Part shown: positions 25,150 to 34,001 of the stretch, one piece after another
Layout: every line of letters begins with the position of its first letter
Numbering within the stretch: the first letter of the stretch is position 1
The notes under the pieces: generated by a model
Databases searched by the model: none
What the model was told of the DNA's origin: nothing
The model's input: the letters and a program-made list of their open reading frames with translations, nothing else
Translations under genes and position numbers: made by a program
Origin: Acidobacteriota bacterium
Lineage (GTDB): Bacteria > Acidobacteriota > Terriglobia > Terriglobales > Acidobacteriaceae
DNA length: 45,632 nucleotides
Direction of reading: 5' to 3'
NCBI GenBank assembly: GCA_003225595.1
Contig: QIAR01000216.1
Coordinates: 1 to 45,632, forward strand

Positions 25150-26751
25150 ATGTCGGTTTGTCGCGATAGACGCAGCGGCCGTACGATATTGAGCAGTGCC
25201 CTGCTGCTCGCAGCTGTGGTCCTCATGTCAGGTCGCCTTCTGGCGCAGCAGGAGAACCCGCCGAAGGCCGAAATTTTCGGCGGCTATCAGTGGTTAGATC
25301 CAGGCGGCAGCATTGCGCCACCGGTGGGAAGGCTGCCGAGTATGCCGAAGGGCTTTGGTGTGAGCGGCACTTACAATTTTAGTGACCACTGGGGGGTCAC
25401 GTTCGACTTCGGCCGCAACTTTCACGATATCGGCAGTGAACAGACCCTCACGATGGGTCCGCGTTTCATCTGGCGTACAGAAGGAATGAATATGTTCGCC
25501 AACACTCTGTTCGGCTGGAATCGTCTGGAGGCGCACCCCTTTGATACGAAAAACGGCCTTGGAGCTGTGCTTGGGGGAGGCATTGACTTGCCGATTACGC
25601 GTGCCATCAGCTTGCGTCTGATTGAGGCGGATTGGGTGTGGGGACATTTCAACTACGCAGACGTGGTCTCCCCGGTAAGTTCTCTGGCACGTCCGAACTT
25701 GTCAGGTGCGCGGCTGCGGACCGGTTTGGTATTCAATTTTGGCGGCGCACCGTCCGCACCGGTTGCAGCAAGCTGCTCGGTGAAGCCCAGTGAGGTCATG
25801 GTCGGCGAGCCGGTTACTGCGACCGTGACTGCCAGTAATTTTAATCCCAAGCACACACTTACTTACAACTGGAGCACCACCGGCGGAAAAGTGAGCGGAA
25901 AGGACACTACCGCAACCATCGACACCACTGGCTTGGCTGGCGGCAGCTATACCGTTACTGCCCGCGTTTCCGATCCCAAGATGAAGAAGGGTGGGGAAGC
26001 AACCTGCAACGCAAACTTCACGGTGAAAGAGCCGCCGAAGAATCCGCCGACCATGTCATGCTCGGCGAACCCCACCACAGTTCAAGCCGGAACTCCGGCC
26101 ACCATCACTTGCGACTGCAAGAGCCCAGACAATGTAGAAGTAAACGTAAGCAATTGGACAGCCAGCGGCGGCAGTATCTCAGGCACCGGCAACACCGCCA
26201 CGCTGAATACCGCTGGCGCGTCGCCCGGTCCAATCACTATAAATGCAACCTGCTCCGACTCTCGCGGTCTAAGTACTTCGGCCTCATCTACAGTGACTGT
26301 CGAGGCTCCGCCTCCTCCGCCACCGCAAGCCAGTAAACTGAGCTCGTGCGACTTCCCGAACGCCACGAAGCCGTGGCGCGTGGATAACACATGCAAGGCA
26401 GTGCTGGACGATGTGGCTCAGCGCTTACAACATGAACCTGACTCCAAGCTGGTGATTGTCGGTAATGCGGACCCCAGTGAGAAGCGCAAGAACCTGGCAG
26501 CGGAGCGTGCTGTCAACTCCAAGGCTTACCTCTCGGGTGGCGAAGCTAAGCAGGGTATCGACGCCAGCCGTATCGAAGTCCGGACCGGAAGTGGCGGTAC
26601 CAAGACTGCTGACTATTGGGTTGTTCCGGCGGGTGGAACATTCACCCAGGAAGGAACTCAACCGGTAGACGAGAACCAGGTGAAGCCAATTCCGGATCAC
26701 CCGCGGCCTCCGGCAGGTAAGAAAAAGGGGGCTAAACCAAAGGCTCAATAA
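25150..26751 (+). CDS. OmpA-family outer-membrane protein with N-terminal beta-barrel and internal Ig-like repeats
   Basis: 533 aa, with RBS GGAGG upstream. It has a signal peptide and a beta-barrel-like N-terminal region. Two similar Cys-started modules follow (CSVKPSEVMVGEPVTATV...TVTARVSD and CSANPTTVQAGTPATITC...ITINATCSD). The C-terminal domain is OmpA-like (LVIVGNADPSEKRKNLAAERAVNSKAYL). Confidence 0.7.
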   Translation: MSVCRDRRSGRTILSSALLLAAVVLMSGRLLAQQENPPKAEIFGGYQWLDPGGSIAPPVGRLPSMPKGFGVSGTYNFSDHWGVTFDFGRNFHDIGSEQTLTMGPRFIWRTEGMNMFANTLFGWNRLEAHPFDTKNGLGAVLGGGIDLPITRAISLRLIEADWVWGHFNYADVVSPVSSLARPNLSGARLRTGLVFNFGGAPSAPVAASCSVKPSEVMVGEPVTATVTASNFNPKHTLTYNWSTTGGKVSGKDTTATIDTTGLAGGSYTVTARVSDPKMKKGGEATCNANFTVKEPPKNPPTMSCSANPTTVQAGTPATITCDCKSPDNVEVNVSNWTASGGSISGTGNTATLNTAGASPGPITINATCSDSRGLSTSASSTVTVEAPPPPPPQASKLSSCDFPNATKPWRVDNTCKAVLDDVAQRLQHEPDSKLVIVGNADPSEKRKNLAAERAVNSKAYLSGGEAKQGIDASRIEVRTGSGGTKTADYWVVPAGGTFTQEGTQPVDENQVKPIPDHPRPPAGKKKGAKPKAQ

Positions 26752-26896
26752 CTGCATCAGAAGAAATGCTCGGGCTGGCTCGGGGCAAGACCCGGCTGGC
26801 CCATTTTTCTCTGGCCTTAGGTAACTTGAAGGAGGCGTGGCAGCCTGTCACTCTGGCCGACGCAAGCCAAACTTTCACCGGGGGCAAAGGTTGCTT

Positions 26897-28903
26897 ATGA
26901 AGTGGAGTGCCATGCCGATTATTCCGCGTAAATCATTGATTGTATTGTGTGTCGGGTTGTTTTGCGCCTCCACTTTGTGGGCGAGTCAGTGGACGGTTCT
27001 GGGGCCGGACGGGGGCGATGTCCGCAGCTTGGCCTACAATCCACACAATCCGGACCAGATATTTCTGGGGAGCAGCACGGGGAGCCTTTTCGTTTCCAAT
27101 GACGGTGGGCATAGCTGGTCGCGATTTGCCCGGCTAGGTAGCGATGACTACGTGCTCGACCACATTGCGATCGACCCGCGAAACGCGCAGACCATGTTTG
27201 TCTCCGCCTGGAGCGTGGCCAACCAGCAAGCCGGTGATCTGTTCCGCACACGGGATGGCGGAAAGACTTGGGAGGCGCTGCCCGGCATTCGGGGAAAATC
27301 CATCCGCGCAATGGCGGTCGCAGCTTCCGATTCAAAGGTGCTTGTAGCTGGAGCCCTCGACGGTGTGTACCGCAGCAATGATGGCGGCAATAGTTGGGAG
27401 CGAATCTCGAACCAGTCGGAGATCAAGAATATTGAGTCGATTGCGGTTGATCCGCGTAATCCCAATGTCACCTACGCCGGCACGTGGCACCTGGCCTGGA
27501 AGACGGAAGACGGCGGAGCAAACTGGCACCACATCAACAAAGGAATGATCGACGACTCCGATGTGTTCTCCATCATTGTCGATTCCAAGAACCCTTCGGT
27601 GGTGTTCGCCAGTGCTTGCTCAGGAATTTACAAGAGCACCACCGCAGGCGAGCTGTTCCAGAAAATTCAGGGTATTCCGTTCTCGGCGCGCCGCACGCGC
27701 GTCCTCAAAGAAGACCCCAGCAACCCTTCCATCATCTACGCCGGAACCACCGAAGGTCTGTGGAAGACTGCAGATCAGGGCAAGACCTGGAAACGCGTGA
27801 GCAATCCCGAAATTGTGGTGAATGATGTTTTGATTGATCCTCGCAATTCGCAGCGTGTGCTGCTGGCGACCGATCGCAGCGGGGTGATGGCCAGCGACGA
27901 TGGCGCGCAGAGCTTCACGGCTTCGAACCACGGCTACACGCATCGTTACGTGACCTCGATCCTCGCCGACCAGAAAGATCCGAACACCATTTATGCAGGT
28001 GTGGTGAACGACCGGGAGGCGGGCGGAGTGTTCTACTCCCGTGATGGGGGGACGCACTGGCTGCAGAAAAGCGCGGGCCTGGACGGCCGCGACGTGTTCT
28101 CTCTGAAGCAGACCAGTAGCGGTGCACTGGTCACGGGGACCAACCGGGGTGTGTTCATGCTCGAGCGGAATGCCAGCCAATGGCGTCCGATTAATACCGT
28201 CCTCACTGAGAAGAGCCTAATGCGCCCGATAAAAAAGGGAAGCAAGCGGACAGTGGCAACCAAGACGAGCACTCGATCAGTACTCGAGGCGCGGGTCAGC
28301 GATATCGAGCTTGCGCCCGATCGCTGGATTGCGGCAACTTCGTCCGGTTTGTTCACCAGTACCGACCAGGGCAAGACCTGGAAAGGTGGCCCGGTATTGG
28401 GTGAGCAGGATTTCATCTCCGTACGTGCTAGCGATGATCTGCTCGTAGCCGCCACGCGCTCCGGTGTTGTGGTTTCGACTGACGGTGGGATGACGTGGAA
28501 GGAAGCCAGACTGACATCTTACAAGCCGAACGTCCGTAATGTGACGATAGCCCCGGATAGGCAGATCTTTGTGGCATCGCGCGAGGGCGCTTTCTGCAGC
28601 GGAGATTCCGGTACGACGTGGCAACGCGTGCTCGCGGGTCTTCCGGACAAGGACATCACTTCCATTGCCTATGACGGCAGCCACAAGCGCTTGCTGGCAA
28701 CCAGTGGCGCGACCGGCGTGATTTTCGAAAGCACCAATGGTGGGCGGAGTTGGCAGCGCGGTCCGGATTCAGGTTTCCCGCTCCGCCGGATCAGCGTGGT
28801 GCATGGCCGGTTCATGGCGGCCACGCCCTTTGACGGGGTAATCATTCAGCCGGAAAACGAAGCCCAGAGCGCATTGGCGGAAGGCTCGGGTTCGAGTAAC
28901 TAG
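26897..28903 (+). CDS. BNR/Asp-box repeat beta-propeller protein (Ycf48/sortilin-VPS10-like), secreted
   Basis: It has a signal peptide (MKWSAMPIIPRKSLIVLCVGLFCASTLWA). I counted 11 SxDxGxTW-type Asp-boxes: SNDGGHSW, TRDGGKTW, SNDGGNSW, TEDGGANW, TADQGKTW, SDDGAQSF, SRDGGTHW, STDQGKTW, STDGGMTW, SGDSGTTW and STNGGRSW. The start is uncertain (GTG 26837, ATG 26897 or ATG 26912). Confidence 0.75.
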   Translation: MKWSAMPIIPRKSLIVLCVGLFCASTLWASQWTVLGPDGGDVRSLAYNPHNPDQIFLGSSTGSLFVSNDGGHSWSRFARLGSDDYVLDHIAIDPRNAQTMFVSAWSVANQQAGDLFRTRDGGKTWEALPGIRGKSIRAMAVAASDSKVLVAGALDGVYRSNDGGNSWERISNQSEIKNIESIAVDPRNPNVTYAGTWHLAWKTEDGGANWHHINKGMIDDSDVFSIIVDSKNPSVVFASACSGIYKSTTAGELFQKIQGIPFSARRTRVLKEDPSNPSIIYAGTTEGLWKTADQGKTWKRVSNPEIVVNDVLIDPRNSQRVLLATDRSGVMASDDGAQSFTASNHGYTHRYVTSILADQKDPNTIYAGVVNDREAGGVFYSRDGGTHWLQKSAGLDGRDVFSLKQTSSGALVTGTNRGVFMLERNASQWRPINTVLTEKSLMRPIKKGSKRTVATKTSTRSVLEARVSDIELAPDRWIAATSSGLFTSTDQGKTWKGGPVLGEQDFISVRASDDLLVAATRSGVVVSTDGGMTWKEARLTSYKPNVRNVTIAPDRQIFVASREGAFCSGDSGTTWQRVLAGLPDKDITSIAYDGSHKRLLATSGATGVIFESTNGGRSWQRGPDSGFPLRRISVVHGRFMAATPFDGVIIQPENEAQSALAEGSGSSN

Positions 28904-28974
28904 TTGAGTGCCAGCCAGGCTGAGTAGCCCAGTCAGGCAGTGCACCGTTAAGAGAGTTACCCTGGTGGCTCGAG

Positions 28975-28995
28975 GTTATCCCGAATCCGGATAAC
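28975..28995. promoter_or_regulatory. inverted repeat GTTATCC-N7-GGATAAC, candidate enhancer (UAS) site
   Basis: Perfect 7-bp arms lie about 145-165 nt upstream of the candidate sigma-54 promoter at 29139. The functional assignment is inference only. Confidence 0.3.
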
Positions 28996-29138
28996 ATCTG
29001 TAAACCGCGAGATCGTGAAATTGCCCCGTCGTCGGCAGAAGAACGCCCGCCCATCCGCCCCGCAAAAACTACCCCCAAAAAGTACATAGCTGGTAACGCT
29101 TTACTGCTGCTAAGCACTGTAGATTCAGAGATAAAGCT

Positions 29139-29153
29139 TGGCATCGCTCGTGC
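29139..29153 (+). promoter_or_regulatory. candidate sigma-54 (-24/-12) promoter TGGCAT-N5-GTGC
   Basis: The sequence TGGCATCGCTCGTGC has the GG and GC dinucleotides at the canonical 10-nt spacing. It lies about 40 nt upstream of the lipoprotein ATG (29193). A sigma-54 activator gene is the next gene downstream. Confidence 0.5.
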
Positions 29154-29192
29154 GACATAGAAACTGTGGTAGGTAATGAGGAGGGTCGCTCC

Positions 29193-29912
29193 ATGAAGTC
29201 GTGGAAGGCCACAAAGGTTTCAGTCTTCATCATTCTAGTTCTCATGCTGGTGCTGGCGTTGAGTGTGGGCTGTGCTCGTCAGCCAAATCCCCAAGCCGCG
29301 GACGAGAATTCTGCGGCGCCGAAGAGCGATGATCGGACCCTGCCGTTTGACCGGGACTCCAAAAAGAATGGGATCTCGCCGAGTGGCACGCTGGTCCCGA
29401 CACCGCAGAATTTGCCTGCTGGAACTCCGATTACGATTCGGCTTCAGTCAGCCGTCTCCAGCGCTTCATCGCATTCCGGCGACACGTTTGAAGGCGTTGT
29501 CGAGGAACCGATCGTGATTCAAGGGCAGACAGCAGTTCCGCGTGGAGCAAACGCGACGGGTCGCGTGGTGGCTGCCAAAGCGTCGGGCCGCCTGCACGAT
29601 CCCGGCTACCTGCGGTTGACCTTGGCGAGCATCTCCATCAATGGAAAGGACGTGCCAGTGCAAACGTCCAGCATATTCATAAAGGGCGCTTCGCACGAGA
29701 AGCGCAACCTGGAGATGATCGGCGGAGGCGCCGGTGCTGGCGCTTTGATAGGGGCGCTGGCCGGTGGTGGCAAGGGCGCGTTGATTGGCAGTGCTGTGGG
29801 TGCCGCAGGTGGCACAGGAGTAGCTTATGGCACCGGCAAGAAGGATGTAGGTTTTGGGCCAGAACGTCGTCTGACTTTCCGTGTGGCACAAGCAGTCCCC
29901 GTGCACGGTTGA
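29193..29912 (+). CDS. glycine-zipper lipoprotein
   Basis: It starts at ATG 29193, 7 nt after GAGGAGGG. It has a lipobox (LALSVGC). The C-terminal glycine zipper is IGGGAGAGALIGALAGGGKGALIGSAVGAAGGTG. Confidence 0.7.
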   Translation: MKSWKATKVSVFIILVLMLVLALSVGCARQPNPQAADENSAAPKSDDRTLPFDRDSKKNGISPSGTLVPTPQNLPAGTPITIRLQSAVSSASSHSGDTFEGVVEEPIVIQGQTAVPRGANATGRVVAAKASGRLHDPGYLRLTLASISINGKDVPVQTSSIFIKGASHEKRNLEMIGGGAGAGALIGALAGGGKGALIGSAVGAAGGTGVAYGTGKKDVGFGPERRLTFRVAQAVPVHG

Positions 29913-29934
29913 GTTCTTTCGACGGCGTTTTCTT

Positions 29935-29959
29935 TGGGCGCGAATCTCGCGCCCATTTT
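29935..29959 (+). terminator. rho-independent terminator
   Basis: Perfect 9-bp stem TGGGCGCGA / TCGCGCCCA with a 3-nt loop, followed by TTTT. Confidence 0.75.
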
Positions 29960-30247
29960 CATTTCCCATCTTTTATTACTCGTATTTCATTTCTCGTCCC
30001 GGACCATTTCAGCTGAGTTTTCCACAGGACGCGCTACCAAAGGGCGTGACGACTGAACTTAGCAGCATTCCTCTGGACCCCTATGATTTGTACCAAATGG
30101 GGAGCAAACGCCACCATCGGGACCATATAGGTACGAAACAGTTCCGATTCGGTGTGGCCTGCCTTCGGTGCGACAAGCAGGAAAGATGAGGAAGACTCTG
30201 GACCAGAATCCGTTGCCAAAATCGCAAAACTCAAAGAGGTTAATACG

Positions 30248-31663
30248 ATGTTGACAGCAGCAGCACCTGCCATTTTGCCAAGCACTCCGCAAATTGAGGG
30301 AGCAAACTTTTTGAACTTGCTGATCGTAGATGATGACCGTGCCATTCGCGAGGCATGTCGCGAGGTAGCTCAGTCGCTCGGTTTCAACACTCTGGTGGCG
30401 GACTCGGCGGAACAGGCTTATCGCATTTTGGATACGCAGGGCATCGACGCTGTACTACTCGACTTGAAGCTGTCCGGAGCAGGCGGTCTGCAGGCTCTGC
30501 ATCAGATCAAAAACCACCGGCCCGAGGCTGTCGTAGTGGTCGTTACCGGTTATGGCACGGTGCAGTCGGCGGTACAGGCGATGAAAAATGGCGCCTACGA
30601 CTATTTTACCAAGCCCTTCAGCATTGACGAGCTGAGACTGTTGTTGGACCGCGTCGCCAATCACCTGAAGTTGAAAACGGAAAACCGCACGCTGCGGGAG
30701 AAGATCAAGTCCAAACAGGGCTTTGGCGGGATCGTGGGCCGAGCGCCAGAGATGGAAAGGCTCTATCGCATCATCGCCAAGGCTGCGCACAGCACGCATC
30801 CCGTGCTGATACTGGGCGAGAGCGGGACAGGCAAGGAGCTGGTCGCACGGTCAATTCACTTTTCCGGACCCTTTCACGACAAGCCCTTTGTTCCCGTGGA
30901 CTGCGGTTCTCTGGTCCCAACGCTGATCGAAAGCGAGCTGTTCGGCTATGTCAAAGGCGCGTTTACAGGAGCGGTGCATTCGAAAGATGGATTACTGGCC
31001 ATTGCCGAGGGCGGCACCGTTTTCCTGGACGAGATCGGTGAGTTGCCGGTCGACCTGCAGGCCAAGCTGCTGCGTGCGATCCAAGAAAAAGAAATCCGGC
31101 CGGTCGGCAGCACAAAGCGTATCCAGATCAATATACGCATTCTGGCGGCTACTAACGGTGAGCTGGAAGAAGCGGTGTCGAAAGGTACCTTCCGCCGCGA
31201 CCTGTATTTCCGGCTGAATGTGCTGACCCTTCGCATTCCACCCCTCCGCGAGCGCAGGCAGGATATCCCGCTGCTGGCGGCACACTTTCTGGAAAGGGCA
31301 GCCCGCGATTCAGGGCAGGAACGTGTTCTAAGTGATGAGGCTCTCAAAGCGATGCTGGCCTATGATTGGCCGGGAAATGTGCGAGAACTGGACAACTGCC
31401 TGGAACGTGCGTGCGCACTGACCACCGCACTCACCATCAACGTTCGTGATCTGCCGACTACCATCTACAGTGTGCGGATTGAAGACGAATCAGGCTTGGG
31501 CGGAGCTCAAGCGAAGATTGTTCCCATGTCGGAGCTGGAAAAGCAAACGATACTTAATACTATAGTTCAGGTGAATGGCGACAAGCTGCTGGCGGCGCGC
31601 ATGCTTGGAATTGGCAAGACCACTCTGTACCGAAAATTAAAGGAGTATGCTTCCCAGCCATAG
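30248..31663 (+). CDS. sigma-54-dependent Fis-family response regulator (NtrC family), no adjacent kinase
   Basis: It starts at ATG 30248 (MLTAAAP...NLLIVDDDRAIREA). The REC domain has an intact acceptor site (VLLDLKL, VVTGYG, FTKPF). The AAA+ domain has GYVKGAFTGA. The HTH is AARMLGIGKTTLYRKLKEY. Confidence 0.85.
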   Translation: MLTAAAPAILPSTPQIEGANFLNLLIVDDDRAIREACREVAQSLGFNTLVADSAEQAYRILDTQGIDAVLLDLKLSGAGGLQALHQIKNHRPEAVVVVVTGYGTVQSAVQAMKNGAYDYFTKPFSIDELRLLLDRVANHLKLKTENRTLREKIKSKQGFGGIVGRAPEMERLYRIIAKAAHSTHPVLILGESGTGKELVARSIHFSGPFHDKPFVPVDCGSLVPTLIESELFGYVKGAFTGAVHSKDGLLAIAEGGTVFLDEIGELPVDLQAKLLRAIQEKEIRPVGSTKRIQINIRILAATNGELEEAVSKGTFRRDLYFRLNVLTLRIPPLRERRQDIPLLAAHFLERAARDSGQERVLSDEALKAMLAYDWPGNVRELDNCLERACALTTALTINVRDLPTTIYSVRIEDESGLGGAQAKIVPMSELEKQTILNTIVQVNGDKLLAARMLGIGKTTLYRKLKEYASQP

Positions 31664-31685
31664 CCCAACCATAGCCCAACCATAG
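31658..31685. repeat. (CCATAGCCCAA)x2.5 tandem 11-mer overlapping the regulator stop codon
   Basis: CCATAGCCCAA occurs at 31658 and 31669, then CCATAG at 31680. The TAG stop (31661-31663) lies inside the first unit. Confidence 0.8.
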
Positions 31686-31766
31686 AAAGAGGCGCTTCCA
31701 GCGTGCCATAACGAGAACACAAAGTCGCTTGAGTTCAGCAACTCTCATCATTTCAATGCAACGCAG

Positions 31767-32285
31767 ATGGTGCCAGACGTGCTTGTTGTGCAGAGCATGA
31801 TTCTGCTCATCACACCTTATGCGCGAGCTCAAGAATGCAGCGAGGCAATGGAGGAAGCCACAGCGGAAACTACACAGGTTGCTGAAAACCTGAGTGATGC
31901 TGCCACTCGGCTGCATGCCGAGGAGTATTCCGCGGTGGTAATTGATCAGTCCCTGCTGGAAGCAGATCCAGATGAAAGCGAAACGGTTCTGCAGCACGTC
32001 GGAACGGCTGTCCCGATTTATGTGAACTTTGCCATTAGCGGGAAGGAACGTGTGGTGCGCGAGCTGCGGACAGCATTGCGACGCAGAACATGCGAACAGT
32101 TGATCGCCCGGAAGGCTGCCGAGCTGGCCTTGCGAAGCGACCTGAACGGGGCGGTCACCGCGATGTTGCTTTCCTGCGAGCTAGCGCTGGAATTGCCTAA
32201 CCTGCCCATACTGGCTCGGGAGAAAATCCGTACGGTTCACGATCTCGCACGCGAGTTACGCCGGTGTCTGGGTATTGCCCTATAA
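31767..32285 (+). CDS. hypothetical protein, degenerate receiver-like N-terminus plus helical C-terminus
   Basis: 172 aa and coding-looking. It has a beta-alpha pattern (ILLITP...SAVVIDQSLL...VPIYVNFA) that lacks the N-terminal acidic pair. The C-terminal helices (RSDLNGAVTAMLLSCELAL) resemble a DHp helix without the His. The start is uncertain (31767 or 31797). Confidence 0.4.
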   Translation: MVPDVLVVQSMILLITPYARAQECSEAMEEATAETTQVAENLSDAATRLHAEEYSAVVIDQSLLEADPDESETVLQHVGTAVPIYVNFAISGKERVVRELRTALRRRTCEQLIARKAAELALRSDLNGAVTAMLLSCELALELPNLPILAREKIRTVHDLARELRRCLGIAL

Positions 32286-32580
32286 GCGTCGTTTGCCCAG
32301 CGCACGACATGGACTGGTTGCCGCAGGCCAAGTAGCGGCCATTGAACATCGTTGGAGAGCTGTGCGTTTCACCCGTCGGTCGGCCCGGAAATGACTGGAG
32401 ATTCAATTACCTCAGGGAGTGTCCAGAGTGCAAAAGCTCTGGCGTGCTACTCCGGACGATGTAATTTTTGAACGCGCTGCGTTTCGACTCCCCTAATCTA
32501 TGCAACGTTTTGCAACCTTTGGACTGACTGCTACAAATAAAACCTTCAGACCATCCACTTATTCAAACTAGAATAGCAGC

Positions 32581-33759
32581 GTGCAGGAAGCGGCAGATGG
32601 CTGCTCACTGCGCTCGTCAACGGTTCGTCCGGGAGGACCCGTGCACGTTCTCGTTACCGCGGACACGATTAGTGGCATTTGGACTTACACTCGCGAACTC
32701 GTGACAGGTTTGGTCGGCCGCGGAGTGCGTGTAACCCTGGTCAGCTTGGGCGAGATTCCGTTACCGCGACAGATGGCGTGGATGGAGAGACTGCACGGTC
32801 TCGAGTATCGTCCGACTGCGTTTCGCCTGGAGTGGATGCAGGAAGGCGAGCAAGACCTGGAAGCATCCTCGAACTATCTGGCGGACTTGGTACGCGAGGT
32901 CAAGCCTGATCTGCTGCACCTAAATCAGTTCTGCCACGGCGACCTGCCAGTGGATGTGCCGCGCGTAGTAGTGGCGCATGGGGACCTGGTCAGTTGGTGG
33001 AGAGCCGTGCACGATCACGAACCGGGAGAAAAGCCTTGGCTCGAGGCGTATCGCAAAATTGTAATCCGTGGATTATCCGCCGCTACTGCCGTGGTGGCGC
33101 CTTCCGGCTGGATGTTGCAGACTCTGCGTTCCTGTTATGCGAGGCCCGCTCGTGATCTCGTTATTTACAACGGGCGCAATCCGATTTTCTTCAATCCGTA
33201 CGTTACCAAGGACGACTCCGTCCTCGCGGTGGGGCGCCTCTGGGACGCGGGCAAGCAGGTTTCTTTACTGACCCAGCATCGGCACCCACTCTCAGTTTGC
33301 ATTGTCGCCTCCGAGCAGCCAGTACATGCGTCGCGTATTCCGCTCCGGGCCGACGTCAAGGTCGCGACCGATAACCTGTGCGTCGCGCTCAAAGGTCCGC
33401 AGACTGAAGCTCAACTTCGGACGCTTTATAGCCGCGCCGCGATTTATGCTGCTACGTCGCGCTACGAACCTTTTGGCATGGCGCCGCTGGAGGCTGCCTT
33501 CTCGCGCTGCGCCATCGTGGCCAATGATATTCCGAGCTTCCGCGAGATTTGGGGCGATGCTGCCATGTATTTCCGCGCCAATGATGCCGAGAGCCTCGCT
33601 GAAGCCATCCGCCAATTGAGCGAGGATCGGGACCTGCGCCGCACCTATGCCAACCGCGCGTACCAGCGTGCGCGTGAGCGTTTCACTGCCAAGCGCATGA
33701 TCGATGATTATCTGGAGCTCTACCGAAGCCTGCTGTATTCGAAATCGGCGGCTGCGTAA
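32581..33759 (+). CDS. GT4-family (GT-B) glycosyltransferase
   Basis: The N-domain reads VHVLVTADTISGIWTYTRELV. The C-domain has the E-x7-E region (SRYEPFGMAPLEAAFSRCAIVAND). The ORF opens at GTG 32581. GTG 32641 (after GGGAGGA) is an equally plausible start. Confidence 0.75.
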   Translation: MQEAADGCSLRSSTVRPGGPVHVLVTADTISGIWTYTRELVTGLVGRGVRVTLVSLGEIPLPRQMAWMERLHGLEYRPTAFRLEWMQEGEQDLEASSNYLADLVREVKPDLLHLNQFCHGDLPVDVPRVVVAHGDLVSWWRAVHDHEPGEKPWLEAYRKIVIRGLSAATAVVAPSGWMLQTLRSCYARPARDLVIYNGRNPIFFNPYVTKDDSVLAVGRLWDAGKQVSLLTQHRHPLSVCIVASEQPVHASRIPLRADVKVATDNLCVALKGPQTEAQLRTLYSRAAIYAATSRYEPFGMAPLEAAFSRCAIVANDIPSFREIWGDAAMYFRANDAESLAEAIRQLSEDRDLRRTYANRAYQRARERFTAKRMIDDYLELYRSLLYSKSAAA

Positions 33760-33786
33760 CGAGTAGTAGTTAGCTGTTGGCTTCTG

Positions 33787-33840
33787 GCTCCTAGCTCCTA
33801 GCTCCTAGCTCCATAAAGCTCCTAGCTCCATAAGCTCCAT
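33787..33840. repeat. heptamer tandem array (GCTCCTA)x3, GCTCCAT, GCTCCTA, GCTCCAT, GCTCCAT
   Basis: Read directly from the sequence. It starts 27 nt after the glycosyltransferase stop. Confidence 0.85.
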
Positions 33841-34001
33841 TCCCAACCTTCCCAGCCTGATAGCACCTCGTAAGAATGGCCTCTGAGGACATTGCAACAT
33901 AGCTGTGTGGCCCAGCGCGAGGTCGATGACAGCTCAGCGCTGAAGCCAACGCTCCCCACCATAATCCTTCGAAGCTGCGATAATCATGGCGGAGGCAGGA
34001 T

